A stretch of DNA of 64,000 bases from Candidatus Nitrospinota bacterium M3_3B_026 (GTDB lineage Bacteria > Nitrospinota_A > UBA7883 > JBPRGF01): positions 64,001 through 128,000 of the forward strand of contig JBPRGF010000023.1 of the NCBI GenBank assembly GCA_051418015.1, written 5' to 3'. This document shows, in pieces, positions 51,391 through 61,068 of the stretch (its first letter is position 1; every line of letters begins with the position of its first letter). The position numbers and the translations under genes are program-made. Below the pieces are notes generated by a model that had not been told where the DNA came from, searched no databases, and saw only the letters and a list, made by a program, of their open reading frames with translations.

Positions 51391-53580
51391 TTATTGCCGT
51401 TGCGGCTTGAAGGCCACCACGGCGAGAGGCGGCAGGGTTATTCTGATAGAATGCGGCCTGCCCTGGACGGGGACGGGCTCGGAGGCACAGCCACCGAAAG
51501 CGCCGAGGTTCGAGCCGTAATATATTTCAGCGTCGGAGTTGAATATCTCCTTGTAGAAGGAGTCCTCCGGGACGCCGACCCTGTAGTCCCATCGCGGGAC
51601 CGGGGTGAAGTTGAATACAAAGACGATGTAGTCGGAGGAGTCCCTGGCTTTTCTCATGAAAGAGATCGCCGAACCTTCCCAGTCGTGGATGTCTATCCAC
51701 TCGAACCCGTCGTGGGAAAAATCGACCTCCCACATGCTTCTTTCGTTCAGGTAGAGCCTTCCGAGGTCGGCCATGTAGCGCTGGAGCCTTGCGTGGGGGG
51801 CGTATTTCAGCAACCCCCAGTCCACCGAGGAGTCGTAGTTCCATTCGCTCCACTGGCCGATGTCGTTTCCCTGGAACAGGAGCTTCTTGCCCGGGTGGGC
51901 GAACATGTAGCCGTACAACAGCCGCAGGTTGGCGAACTTGCGCCAGTTGTCCCCCGGCATCTTGTTTATCATGGAGCCCTTGCCGTGGGTCACCTCGTCA
52001 TGGCTCAGGGAGAGGACGAAATTCTCATGGAAGGCGTAAATCATGGCGAAAGTCAGGCTGTTGTGATGATACTTCCTGTGGACGGGGTCCTTGCTGAAAT
52101 ACTCCAGGATGTCGTGCATCCAGCCCATGTTCCATTTCAGGGAGAACCCAAGCCCCCCCAGGTGAACAGGCCGCGACACACCCGGCCATGCGGTCGACTC
52201 CTCGGCGATCGTCAGCGCCCCAGGAAACCGGCCGTGCAGGACGGCGTTGAACTTCTTTAAAAACTCGATCGCCTCCAGGTTCTCGTTGCCGCCGTACTTG
52301 TTGGGCGTCCATTCGCCCGGCCCCTTCGAGTAATCCAGGTAAAGCATGGAGGCGACGGCGTCCACCCGCAGCCCGTCCAGGTGATAATACTCCAGCCAGA
52401 ACAGGGCCGAGGAGAGCAGGAAATTGGAGACCTCGGGCCTGCCATAGTTGAATATCAGCGTCCCCCAGTCCTTGTGCTCGCCTTTGCGCCAGTCCTCGTG
52501 CTCATAGAGGGCCGTGCCGTCGAACCTGCGGAGGCCGAAGGCGTCCTTGGGGAAATGGGCCGGGACCCAGTCCACGATCACGCCCAGCCCGTGGTTGTGG
52601 AAAAAATCGACGAAATACTTGAAATCGTCGGGAGTTCCGAACCGGGAAGTCGGGCAGAAGAACCCCGTCACCTGGTATCCCCATGAGGGATCGTAGGGGA
52701 ACTCGCCTATGGGCATAAGCTCGACATGGGTGTAGTTCTGCCGCTTCAGGTATTCCACCAGCATCGGCGCAAGCTCACGGTAGCTCAGCCAGCCGCCGTC
52801 ATCGCGCCTGGCCCAGGAGCCGAGATGCGCCTCGTAGACGGACATCGGCCTGTCCATCGAGATATTCTCCCGGCGCCGCGCCATCCACTCCGCGTCGTCC
52901 CACTCGTAGGCGTTTATGTCCCAGACCCTGCTTGCGGTGTTGGGGCGAAGCTCGCTTGCGTAAGCGTAGGGGTCGGCCTTGTCGAATACGTCGCCGTTTT
53001 CCGCCTTTATCTCGTACTTGTATATGGCGCCCTCGCCTACGCCGGGGATAAAAATCTCCCACACCCCCGAGGCGCCCAGCGAGCGCATCGGGTATCGCCT
53101 GCCGTCCCATTCGCAGAAGCCGCCCACCACCGAGACGCGCCGCGCGTTGGGCGCCCAGACGGCGAACCTCGTCCCCCGGACGCCGCCGATATCGACGACA
53201 TGGGCGCCGAGTTTTTTGTGTATCTCGTAATGGTTCCCCTCGTTGAAAAGGTGAAGGTCCATCTCCCCGAGCTGGGGCAGGAAGCTGTAGGGGTCGCGAT
53301 GGCGGAAATGCTCGCCCCGGTAGCTGACCATGTGAAAGTCGTAGGCGAAGACTTTCCGGTCCGGTATGAAGACCTCGAAAAAGGCGTCCTCCACCCGGCT
53401 CATCTGGTAGCGCTTGTTCGGCCTGTAAACGTCGATGACGGCGATCTCCGCCGCATCGGGGACGAAGGCGCGGACGGCCACGCCCCCCTCAACTTCGTGA
53501 ATTCCCAGGACGGTATGGGGGTCGTGATGGTCGGAGTTTATTATCCTCTCTATTTCGCTTTTCCGCGCCGTGGGGCTCAT
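51391..53580 (-). CDS. glgB: 1,4-alpha-glucan branching enzyme
   Basis: FAVWAPNA, SWGYQ, DWVPAHFP, GLRVDAVASMLY, IAEEST and LSHDEV. Confidence 0.97.
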   Translation of the reverse strand: MSPTARKSEIERIINSDHHDPHTVLGIHEVEGGVAVRAFVPDAAEIAVIDVYRPNKRYQMSRVEDAFFEVFIPDRKVFAYDFHMVSYRGEHFRHRDPYSFLPQLGEMDLHLFNEGNHYEIHKKLGAHVVDIGGVRGTRFAVWAPNARRVSVVGGFCEWDGRRYPMRSLGASGVWEIFIPGVGEGAIYKYEIKAENGDVFDKADPYAYASELRPNTASRVWDINAYEWDDAEWMARRRENISMDRPMSVYEAHLGSWARRDDGGWLSYRELAPMLVEYLKRQNYTHVELMPIGEFPYDPSWGYQVTGFFCPTSRFGTPDDFKYFVDFFHNHGLGVIVDWVPAHFPKDAFGLRRFDGTALYEHEDWRKGEHKDWGTLIFNYGRPEVSNFLLSSALFWLEYYHLDGLRVDAVASMLYLDYSKGPGEWTPNKYGGNENLEAIEFLKKFNAVLHGRFPGALTIAEESTAWPGVSRPVHLGGLGFSLKWNMGWMHDILEYFSKDPVHRKYHHNSLTFAMIYAFHENFVLSLSHDEVTHGKGSMINKMPGDNWRKFANLRLLYGYMFAHPGKKLLFQGNDIGQWSEWNYDSSVDWGLLKYAPHARLQRYMADLGRLYLNERSMWEVDFSHDGFEWIDIHDWEGSAISFMRKARDSSDYIVFVFNFTPVPRWDYRVGVPEDSFYKEIFNSDAEIYYGSNLGAFGGCASEPVPVQGRPHSIRITLPPLAVVAFKPQRQ

Positions 53581-53699
53581 CTTTCCTCTAACCTTGGGGT
53601 TTCTCTCCGTGGAGCGTCAGGTTTACAGTGTAACCAAAGAACGGGCGGGAACACAGGGGTTTTCCATTTGTCCCGCGGTCGCCGCCCCGGCCCTTCGCC

Positions 53700-54350
53700 T
53701 CACAGCCTGCCCTCCACCTCGGCGTTCAGCCTCTCGAAAAACGCCTCCATGAACCCGTGGCGGTCCTCTGCCAGCCTCCGGCCCGTCCGCGTCAGCATTC
53801 TCTCCTTTATCAACCGCAGCTTGACGAGGTACTCCCTGTACGCCGTGTCATCGGGGCCGTAGGCTTGCGCCTTTTCCGGGTCCACCGCCGGGTCATGCAG
53901 CCACGCGCCGATCTCCCCGGCGAACTGAAAAGCCCTCCCCACGCCGACGGCGCCGATGGAGTCGAGCTTGTCGGCGTCGAAAAGAACCCTCGCCTCGACG
54001 CTCTCCGGCGTATGGCCGCGCCTGAACCTGTGGGCGGCCACGCAATGACTGACCGCCTCCACGAGCCCTTCGCCCGCCCCCGCCTCCCGCAGGATATCCT
54101 CCGCCATCCGCGCCCCATGCTCGGCGTGGCACCGCCCGCCGTTGGCCCTGTCGTCCTCCGCCCTGGCGATGTCGTGCAGCAGGGCGGCGAGCCTCAGGAC
54201 GGTCATGTCCGCCCCTTCCCCGGGGCCGATCCTCTCGCACAGCCGGAGCACCCGCTCCACGTGGTCCCACCCGTGCGAGCCCCGCGCCTCCTTGAAAAAG
54301 GCCCTCGCTAACCGCTCCACCCTTGCCGTCAACGCGCTTCCATCCAACAT
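53700..54350 (-). CDS. HD-superfamily phosphohydrolase
   Basis: HGWDHVERV, ALLHDIAR, HRF and DADKLD. Confidence 0.88.
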   Translation of the reverse strand: MLDGSALTARVERLARAFFKEARGSHGWDHVERVLRLCERIGPGEGADMTVLRLAALLHDIARAEDDRANGGRCHAEHGARMAEDILREAGAGEGLVEAVSHCVAAHRFRRGHTPESVEARVLFDADKLDSIGAVGVGRAFQFAGEIGAWLHDPAVDPEKAQAYGPDDTAYREYLVKLRLIKERMLTRTGRRLAEDRHGFMEAFFERLNAEVEGRL

Positions 54351-54472
54351 CAGAGGAAATTAAACCACCCCCCAGGCCGCGTCAAGCGGGAGGGTCTGTT
54401 ATACCCCGATTCTCTGATAAAGTGGGTGAACCACGAGCCAAGGCGCGGTAAAACATGGCATCGACAAAAATA

Positions 54473-54545
54473 TCCTCCCCCTCGATGGGGGAGGTTAGGT
54501 GGGGGTGAAATGATTAATACCCCCTCCCGCCGGGGGGGGGATGGT
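54473..54545. repeat. CCTCCC...GGGAGG REP-like doublet
   Basis: TCCTCCCCCTCGATGGGGGAGGTTAGGTGGGGGTGA followed by CCCCTCCCGCCGGGGGG; same family as 4418-4506. Confidence 0.6.
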
Positions 54546-54611
54546 ATATACGCTTATCCGGGAATCAGGGTCTGTTATAATCCCCTTGATGAACAGCAAG
54601 GGAGAGACGGC

Positions 54612-54974
54612 ATGAGAAAAACGTTCGCGGCCCTGGCCGCCGCCGCGCTGCTGGCCGCGCCCGCCTTCGCCCAAGGCGAGGGGCCGATGGAGCGCGTCGG
54701 CAAGACGATAGACGAAGGTGTGGAAAACGCCCGCGGCTTCCTGAGCGACGCGGCGATAACCACCAGGGTGAAAAAAAGGCTCATCAGGGACGACTACGTC
54801 TCCGGGTTCGACATCGACGTCACCACCATAGACGGCCGCGTGACCCTCGAGGGGGACACGCCCAGCGAAGAGGTGGCCCAGCGGGCCGTCGAGATCGCCC
54901 GCGCCACCGAGGGCGTGAAAAGCGTGGACAACAGGCTCTGGATCGTGACCAGAACCCCATCGAAGGCCCAGTGA
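54612..54974 (+). CDS. BON-domain (OsmY-like) periplasmic protein
   Basis: Signal peptide from ATG 54612; DAAITTRVK, GRVTLEG and GVKSVDNRL. Confidence 0.88.
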   Translation: MRKTFAALAAAALLAAPAFAQGEGPMERVGKTIDEGVENARGFLSDAAITTRVKKRLIRDDYVSGFDIDVTTIDGRVTLEGDTPSEEVAQRAVEIARATEGVKSVDNRLWIVTRTPSKAQ

Positions 54975-55041
54975 GCCCAGCCTCCGGCATTGTGTTAGAA
55001 TTTAGCGGACTCAGGCCAAGACCATCGAGGTTCCCTGGTTC

Positions 55042-55572
55042 ATGGACATAAGGAAAATCGCCGCGGCGCTCATGATCGCCGCTTTCGCCGCTGGATGCGC
55101 GAGCGCCCCCCGCAGCGCGGACAGGGGGCGGGAGGACATCCTGCGCTCCGACGGGTTCCGCGTTCTGAGGCTCAAGGCCGAAAGCGTTGTCTTCAACGCA
55201 GCAGGCGCGCAAACCGTCACGAGCAAAAGCTTCACCAGCGAGGTGGAGGTCAACGTCCACGGCGATATAAGAAGCTACAAGTTCACGAACACCGTGAAGG
55301 CGGAGGATGAAGCCAGGACGACGACGGTGCTGGTGGCCATCTCCGGCACGGAGGGCGGGGTCGGCATCTACGGCGAAGACGGCTCAACCCTGGCCGAATA
55401 CGCAAAAGGCAGGCTTCACGGCGACGCGCTCATTTTCGACATGAAAAGAGACGACGGGTCGAACATGATAAAGTGGCTTTTCGGCAGGGACACGATCGCC
55501 AGCGTCATAGAAACCTTCGACAGCAAGGGAAAGCTCATCTACTCCGAGATCACCGTATACCGCCCGCGCTGA
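55042..55572 (+). CDS. Hypothetical lipoprotein
   Basis: Lipobox FAAGC and a beta-strand-rich mature region. Confidence 0.7.
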   Translation: MDIRKIAAALMIAAFAAGCASAPRSADRGREDILRSDGFRVLRLKAESVVFNAAGAQTVTSKSFTSEVEVNVHGDIRSYKFTNTVKAEDEARTTTVLVAISGTEGGVGIYGEDGSTLAEYAKGRLHGDALIFDMKRDDGSNMIKWLFGRDTIASVIETFDSKGKLIYSEITVYRPR

Positions 55573-55616
55573 CCTGTCTTCAGCCGAGGGTGAAGAGTGA
55601 CATTGAGCCTCCCCCT

Positions 55617-55727
55617 TCCCCGGCGGGAGTGAACGTTGGCCCGCCAATGTCATGCTGAGCGCCAGCGAAGCATCCCGTTCGCTCTTGCCAGCCCCGGCGG
55701 GATTCTTCGGCTTCGCCTCAGAATGAC
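55617..55727. repeat. Composite REP-like repeat, copy 2
   Basis: TCCCCGGCGGGAG.GAACGTTGGCCCGCCA.TGTCATGCTGAGC...GGATTCTTCGGCTTCGCCTCAGAATGAC, matching 27217-27323. Confidence 0.8.
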
Positions 55728-55878
55728 GTTGTGAATCGTTGTGAATCAAAGAAAAACCCGCCCCAGCGCCTGACGCCTTCATCTTTAAAATGTTTTTCAG
55801 GCGCCACAAATTCTCCTTCTCCCAAAAGTCCTGTTGAACGCGCGCTGAATCTGGGATTAAATGTAGCCAGGATGCAGG

Positions 55879-57300
55879 ATGGATGATGGTAATGTGACGA
55901 TGGAACGTGAAGACAAGGAGCTGATAAAGGACATCTTCCCGGCCGAGGATGTCTCAAGCGCGCCGGAGGACCTCATGGTCTACGGCTATGACGCCACCGG
56001 CGGCGAGGCGGCGCCGGAGATCGTCGCCTTCCCCAGGACGCCGGAGCAGGTAAGCCGCGTGTTGAGGCTGGCCAACGAGCGCGGTTTTCCCGTGACGGCG
56101 CGGGGCGCGGGCTCAGGGTTCGTCGGCGGGGCCATCCCCACCCATGACGGCGTCGTCCTCGTCATGACAAGGATGGACCGTATACTGGAGATAGACGAGG
56201 ACAACCTGACGGCCCTGGTCGAGCCTGGGCTCGTCACGGCGAAGCTCCAGGAGGCGGTGGAGGCCAGGGGCCTTTTCTATCCGCCGGACCCCGCCTCCCT
56301 GAAGGTCTCCACCCTCGGGGGCAACGTGGTCATGGGCGCCGGGGGGCCGCGGGCGGTGAAGTACGGTGTCACCAGGGACTATGTCCTCGGCCTGGAGGTG
56401 GTCCTGCCGACGGGCGAGATAATCCAGACCGGCGCGAAGACGGTGAAAAGCGTCGTGGGGTACGACGTAACCCGCCTCATGATCGGCTCCGAGGGGACGC
56501 TGGGGGTCGTGACCAAGATAAGGCTCCGGCTCCTGCCCAGGCCCGAGACGGTGAAGACGGCGCTGGCCGTCTTCGGCGCCGTGGGGGACGCGGCGAGGGC
56601 GGTGTCAGCCATCATCAAGGCGAAAATAATCCCCCGCACGCTTGAATTCATGGACAAAAGCGCCGTGACCGCCGTGGAGGACTATCTCCACGCCGGGCTG
56701 CCCACGGAGGCGGCGGCGATACTGCTGATTGAGACCGACGGCCCGGAAAAAACCGCCGGGGAGGAGCTCCGGCGCATACGGGCCATACTGGAGGAACTCG
56801 GTGTGATCCGCGTCGAAACGGCCAGGGACGAGGAAGAACGCGAAAGGCTGTGGACCGTCCGCCGCTCCATATCCCCGGCAATCCTCAGGATAAGGCCCAC
56901 GAAGATCAACGAGGACGTCACCGTCCCCCGGTCGAAGATACCGGACTTGATGGAGCGCCTTTCGGAGCTTTCGGAGAGGACGGGGCTGCCGATAGTGAAC
57001 TTCGGCCATGCCGGCGACGGCAACATCCACGTGAACGTCATGACCGACAAGAAAAACGCCGAGGAATACGAGCGCGCCCTGGGCGCCGTCGACGAGGTGT
57101 TCAGGATATGCCTGGAGCTTGGCGGCACCCTCTCCGGCGAGCACGGGATAGGGATCACCAAGGCGAAATACATAGAGTCCGAGATAGGATCGGAAGGGGT
57201 GGAGCTTGCCCGGAGGATAAAGGCAGCCTTCGACCCGAACAACGTGTTGAACCCCGGCAAGATCGTCCCGGAAAAGGCGGCGGCTGGACAGGACGCTTGA
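55879..57300 (+). CDS. glcD: FAD-linked 2-hydroxyacid oxidase, GlcD/D-lactate dehydrogenase-like
   Basis: ARGAGSG, FYPPDPAS, STLGGN, GSEGTLG, GHAGDGNIH, SGEHGIG and NPGKI. Confidence 0.8.
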   Translation: MDDGNVTMEREDKELIKDIFPAEDVSSAPEDLMVYGYDATGGEAAPEIVAFPRTPEQVSRVLRLANERGFPVTARGAGSGFVGGAIPTHDGVVLVMTRMDRILEIDEDNLTALVEPGLVTAKLQEAVEARGLFYPPDPASLKVSTLGGNVVMGAGGPRAVKYGVTRDYVLGLEVVLPTGEIIQTGAKTVKSVVGYDVTRLMIGSEGTLGVVTKIRLRLLPRPETVKTALAVFGAVGDAARAVSAIIKAKIIPRTLEFMDKSAVTAVEDYLHAGLPTEAAAILLIETDGPEKTAGEELRRIRAILEELGVIRVETARDEEERERLWTVRRSISPAILRIRPTKINEDVTVPRSKIPDLMERLSELSERTGLPIVNFGHAGDGNIHVNVMTDKKNAEEYERALGAVDEVFRICLELGGTLSGEHGIGITKAKYIESEIGSEGVELARRIKAAFDPNNVLNPGKIVPEKAAAGQDA

Positions 57301-57334
57301 TTTCAACGGAGATGACAAGGGACAGCGGAGGACG

Positions 57335-57835
57335 ATGGACATACTGATACTGCTTGGAAGCGAATCGGACATGGAGATAGCCCGGGCCTGCGTGGACGTT
57401 CTGGATGAGATGGGCGTCTCCCACGAGGTCCGCGTCGCCTCGGCCCACCGGACGCCGGAGAGGGTGAGGGAGCTTATACGGCGCGCCGAGGCGCAAGGGG
57501 CGAAGGCGGTCATAGCCGTGGCGGGTCTTTCGGCCCACCTTGCCGGCGTCGTCGCCTCGGAGACGGTCCTGCCGGTGATAGGAGTCCCCGCGGCGGCGGG
57601 TCCGCTGAACGGGCTGGACTCGTTGCTTTCCACCGTGAACATGCCCGGCGGCGTGCCGGTGGCGGCGGTGTCGCTCGGCAAGGCCGGGGGGAAGAACGCG
57701 GCGCTGCTGGCCTGCCGGATCCTGGCCCTGGGGGACGAGTCCCTGAAAGAAAAAATATCCGTCCACAGGGAAAAGATGGCGAAGGCCGTGGAGGAAGCGG
57801 ACGGACGCCTCCAGCAGGAACTCGAAAAGGGCTGA
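57335..57835 (+). CDS. purE: N5-CAIR mutase
   Basis: GSESD, SAHRTPE, AGLSAHLAG, LPVIGVP and MPGGVPVA. Confidence 0.95.
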   Translation: MDILILLGSESDMEIARACVDVLDEMGVSHEVRVASAHRTPERVRELIRRAEAQGAKAVIAVAGLSAHLAGVVASETVLPVIGVPAAAGPLNGLDSLLSTVNMPGGVPVAAVSLGKAGGKNAALLACRILALGDESLKEKISVHREKMAKAVEEADGRLQQELEKG

Positions 57836-57881
57836 CCCGCGGCGGCGGACAGGGCGCCCGCGGGCCCGGAGGTTTTTTTTC

Positions 57882-58775
57882 ATGCGCATCGTCACAAGAC
57901 GTGATTTCGACGGGCTGGTCTGCTCCGTTCTCGTCACCGAGGCGGAGGATGTCTCCCGGATCCGTTTCGCCCATCCGAAGGTCATCCAGGACAGGATGAT
58001 AGAGATTACGTCCGAAGACATCCTGCTGAACCTGCCGTACCACCCGGATTGCGGAATGTGGTTCGACCACCACGTATCGGAGCGCGAGCATGGCGCGAGG
58101 GAGGACCAGTTCAAGGGCCGGTTCGGCCTGGCGCCCTCCTGCGCGAGGCTGATCTACGAGTATTACAGCCTGCCCGGCTGGAAGGAAAAATACGCGGACC
58201 TGATAGACGCCACCGACAGGATAGACTCCGCCCAGCTCACGCTGAGCGACATCCTGATGCCGCAAGGGTGGCTCCGGCTCGCGAACACCGTCGACCCCCG
58301 GACGGGGTTCGAAAGCTCCGAGAAGTATTTTCTCGACCTCATCGAGTGGATAAAACAATACCCGCTGGAGAAGATTTTCGAGCTGGACGAGGTGAGGGGG
58401 AGGCTTCGTGAATTCTTCAAGGAGCACAAGCAGTTCGAGGAGGCGCTGAAAAAGCATTCATGGCAGGAAGGCGCGGTAATCGTGACCGATTTCAGGCCGC
58501 TGGACCCGGCCCCCGTCGGCAGCAGGTTCCTGGTCTACGCCCTGTACCCAACGGCGAACGTCTCCGTCCGCGTGTTCAACGCCGCCGATCAGCCGGTGGT
58601 GACCATAGCCGTCGGCAGAAGCATCATAAACCGCACCTGCGAGGTGGACATAGGGAACCTGATGTCCGAGTACGGCGGCGGGGGGCACGTCGGCGCGGGC
58701 ACCTGCCGCGTCTCCCCCGGCGAGGCGGACGACACCCTCAACGACATCGTGATGAGGCTGAACGCCTTCGGATGA
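57882..58775 (+). CDS. DHH-family phosphoesterase (nanoRNase/exopolyphosphatase-related)
   Basis: DFDGLVC, FDHH and GGGGH..AGTC. Confidence 0.8.
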   Translation: MRIVTRRDFDGLVCSVLVTEAEDVSRIRFAHPKVIQDRMIEITSEDILLNLPYHPDCGMWFDHHVSEREHGAREDQFKGRFGLAPSCARLIYEYYSLPGWKEKYADLIDATDRIDSAQLTLSDILMPQGWLRLANTVDPRTGFESSEKYFLDLIEWIKQYPLEKIFELDEVRGRLREFFKEHKQFEEALKKHSWQEGAVIVTDFRPLDPAPVGSRFLVYALYPTANVSVRVFNAADQPVVTIAVGRSIINRTCEVDIGNLMSEYGGGGHVGAGTCRVSPGEADDTLNDIVMRLNAFG

Positions 58776-58790
58776 GTAGAGGCGGGGCCT

Positions 58791-59258
58791 TCAATCCTCC
58801 ACGCCCGCGCAGGCCTTGCACAGGCCGTATATCTCCAGCCTGTGGTCGAGCATCTTGAACCCGCGCTTTTTCGCCTCCCCGGCCTGGAGTTTTTCTATGC
58901 TCTCGTTCTCGAACTCCTCCACCGCCCCGCAAGAGACGCAGACCATGTGGTCGTGGTGACGTTCCGCCGTCTTGGCGGGCTCGAAACGCGTCACGCCGTC
59001 CTTGAACCTTCTCTCGTGGGCCAGCCCCGCGGCGATCAGCATGTTCATGGCGCGGTAGACGGTGGCCAGCCCGATGGACGAATGCTCCGTCCGGAGCCTT
59101 GCGTGCAGCTCCTCGGCGCTGACGTGCTCCCGGGCCTTGAAGAACTCGGCCACGATGAGATCGCGCTGGACGGTGGACTTGAGCCCGTTCCGGGAAAGGT
59201 ATTCCCTGTATTTGCGGAGCCATTCCCTGTCCGGCGCGGTCTCGCTCTGGGGGGTCAT
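58791..59258 (-). CDS. fur: Fur-family transcriptional regulator
   Basis: HVSAEEL, IGLATVYR, HHDHMVCVSCG and YGLCKAC. Confidence 0.9.
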   Translation of the reverse strand: MTPQSETAPDREWLRKYREYLSRNGLKSTVQRDLIVAEFFKAREHVSAEELHARLRTEHSSIGLATVYRAMNMLIAAGLAHERRFKDGVTRFEPAKTAERHHDHMVCVSCGAVEEFENESIEKLQAGEAKKRGFKMLDHRLEIYGLCKACAGVED

Positions 59259-59312
59259 CGCCTATCCCGCCGTCGTTGAGTTGTCTGTAAACATGGTATG
59301 ACCTTATTTCAA

Positions 59313-59329
59313 TTGAGAGCCATTGTCAA
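59313..59329. promoter_or_regulatory. Fur-box-like palindrome overlapping the fur promoter
   Basis: TTGAGAGCCATTGTCAA. The minus strand gives TTGACA-N17-TAAGGT. Confidence 0.55.
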
Positions 59330-59495
59330 CTAGCCCCCCAGCCGCCAAGGGGCTTGAAAAAGCCTGGGCGGACCCGCCGCCGCCCCCCAGACCGGAACGG
59401 CGCATGGCTCGTCAAACGCTGGCGCCGGAGCGGCCGGGGATATTACAATTACCGGAATCGGCGCATGGCGCCATCACGAACCCCGGGCTTGCTGG

Positions 59496-60956
59496 ATGGT
59501 GAAAAAAAGAGAAACTGCCGGCGAGGAAGGAAGCGGCCTTTCAGGCGCGCTCCTGTCCTCTCCCGCCGCCCCGCTCGCGGCGCTGTTCGCGATATCGTTC
59601 GCGCTTTACGCAAAGACCGCCGCCTTCGGCTTCATTCCCACGTGGGACGACGGCCGCCTGATCCTGGACAATCCCCTCCTCGAGGATGTCTCTTTCGAAA
59701 ACGCCGCCCGGATACTCGGCTCTTCCTCCAAGGGTTTCTACCAGCCCCTGCATATCATGAGCTATATGCTCGACGCCGCCCTCTGGGAGGGAAACCCCGC
59801 AGGCTATCACCTGGTGAACGCCCTGCTGCATTCGGTGAACGCGGCTCTGGTTTTCCTTGCCGTGAGGGTGATCAGCGGCCGCGGCGGCCTTTCCTTCTTC
59901 GCCGCTCTCCTTTTCGCCGTCCATCCCGTGAACGTGGAGAACGTCGCCTGGGCGGCCGAGCGCAAGACGCTGCTGTCGGCGCTCTTTTTTCTCCTGACGG
60001 TGATCTTTTATGTCAGGGGCATGGACGAACGGGGATACCGCTCCTACGCGGCCTCCCTGATCTGCTTCACCGCGGCGCTATTGTCCAAGGTCATGGTCGT
60101 GACGGCGCCGCTGGCCCTTCTCGCCTGGACGGCGCTTTTGCGCAAGGGCGAGAAAAGGTGGGCCCGGCTGGCGCCCTTTTTCGTTATCGCCGCGGGTTCC
60201 GCGGCGCTCACGCTGGCGCTTCACCTGCGGATGAAGGTTTTCGAGGAGGGGACGCTTTCGCCGGACATCCTCTTCGGCGTCGTATACCCCACCATGCTTC
60301 CCGTGCTCTGGAAATACGTGTCGCTTCTGGCGCTGCCGTTCGGCTTGAACGGATATTATAACGCGGAGTTTCATTACTCCTTCACGGACTGGCCTGTTCT
60401 GGCCTCGCTGCTGGCGTGGGCGGGGGTCTTCGCCTTCGTCTTCATAAAAGGCGGCGCGGCCGAAAAATTCTGGTTTTCGTGGTACTGGATATTCCTGCTG
60501 CCCGCCGCCAACATCATCCCGAACATCGTGTTCTACGCCGACAGGTTCCTGTACCTGCCGCAGATCGGCGCTTTCGTCCTGCTGGGCGCCCTTGGCGGAC
60601 GGCTCGCCGAAGCGGTGGAAAAAAGGAAGCCGGCGCGGAAAGGCAAAGACGCTCCCGGCGGCCGGCCCCCGCTGCTTGTCCCCGCCGCCGCCGCGCTCGC
60701 TCTCTTTTACGCGGCCCTGGCCTTCGACCGGCTGGATGTCTGGAAAAACGAGATCACCTTCTGGGAGGACACGGCGGAAAAATCGCCGGACATGTACAAG
60801 CCGAGGCTCAACCTGGGCGTCGCCTACGAGAAAGCCGGCAGGCTGAAGGAAGCGGAGGCGGAATACACAGCCGCGCTACGGATATACAAAGGCCCGGAGG
60901 CTCTTTCCAACCTCGCGATGGTCAGGGCGAAGATGAAAGCCGCGAAGGGGAACTGA
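59496..60956 (+). CDS. TMTC/GT-C-like polytopic membrane protein with C-terminal TPR
   Basis: WDD, YQPL, GYHLVNALLH, FAVHPVNVENVAWAAERK, ADRFLYLP and TPR NLGVAY. Confidence 0.82.
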   Translation: MVKKRETAGEEGSGLSGALLSSPAAPLAALFAISFALYAKTAAFGFIPTWDDGRLILDNPLLEDVSFENAARILGSSSKGFYQPLHIMSYMLDAALWEGNPAGYHLVNALLHSVNAALVFLAVRVISGRGGLSFFAALLFAVHPVNVENVAWAAERKTLLSALFFLLTVIFYVRGMDERGYRSYAASLICFTAALLSKVMVVTAPLALLAWTALLRKGEKRWARLAPFFVIAAGSAALTLALHLRMKVFEEGTLSPDILFGVVYPTMLPVLWKYVSLLALPFGLNGYYNAEFHYSFTDWPVLASLLAWAGVFAFVFIKGGAAEKFWFSWYWIFLLPAANIIPNIVFYADRFLYLPQIGAFVLLGALGGRLAEAVEKRKPARKGKDAPGGRPPLLVPAAAALALFYAALAFDRLDVWKNEITFWEDTAEKSPDMYKPRLNLGVAYEKAGRLKEAEAEYTAALRIYKGPEALSNLAMVRAKMKAAKGN

Positions 60957-61068
60957 GCCGCCCGCGCCGGAGATAAGCCTTCGCATAGTCCGGCCTGGCG
61001 CCGCCCGCCGCCGTCGCCCTGAGCGGCAGAATCCTTGGCCTCGGAATGACAACCGGCGCGAGGCGCGC

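Noticed and set aside
54426..54611. N-terminal extension of the BON protein given in the ORF track
   Set aside because: It is translated REP sequence. The SD and signal peptide place the start at 54612.
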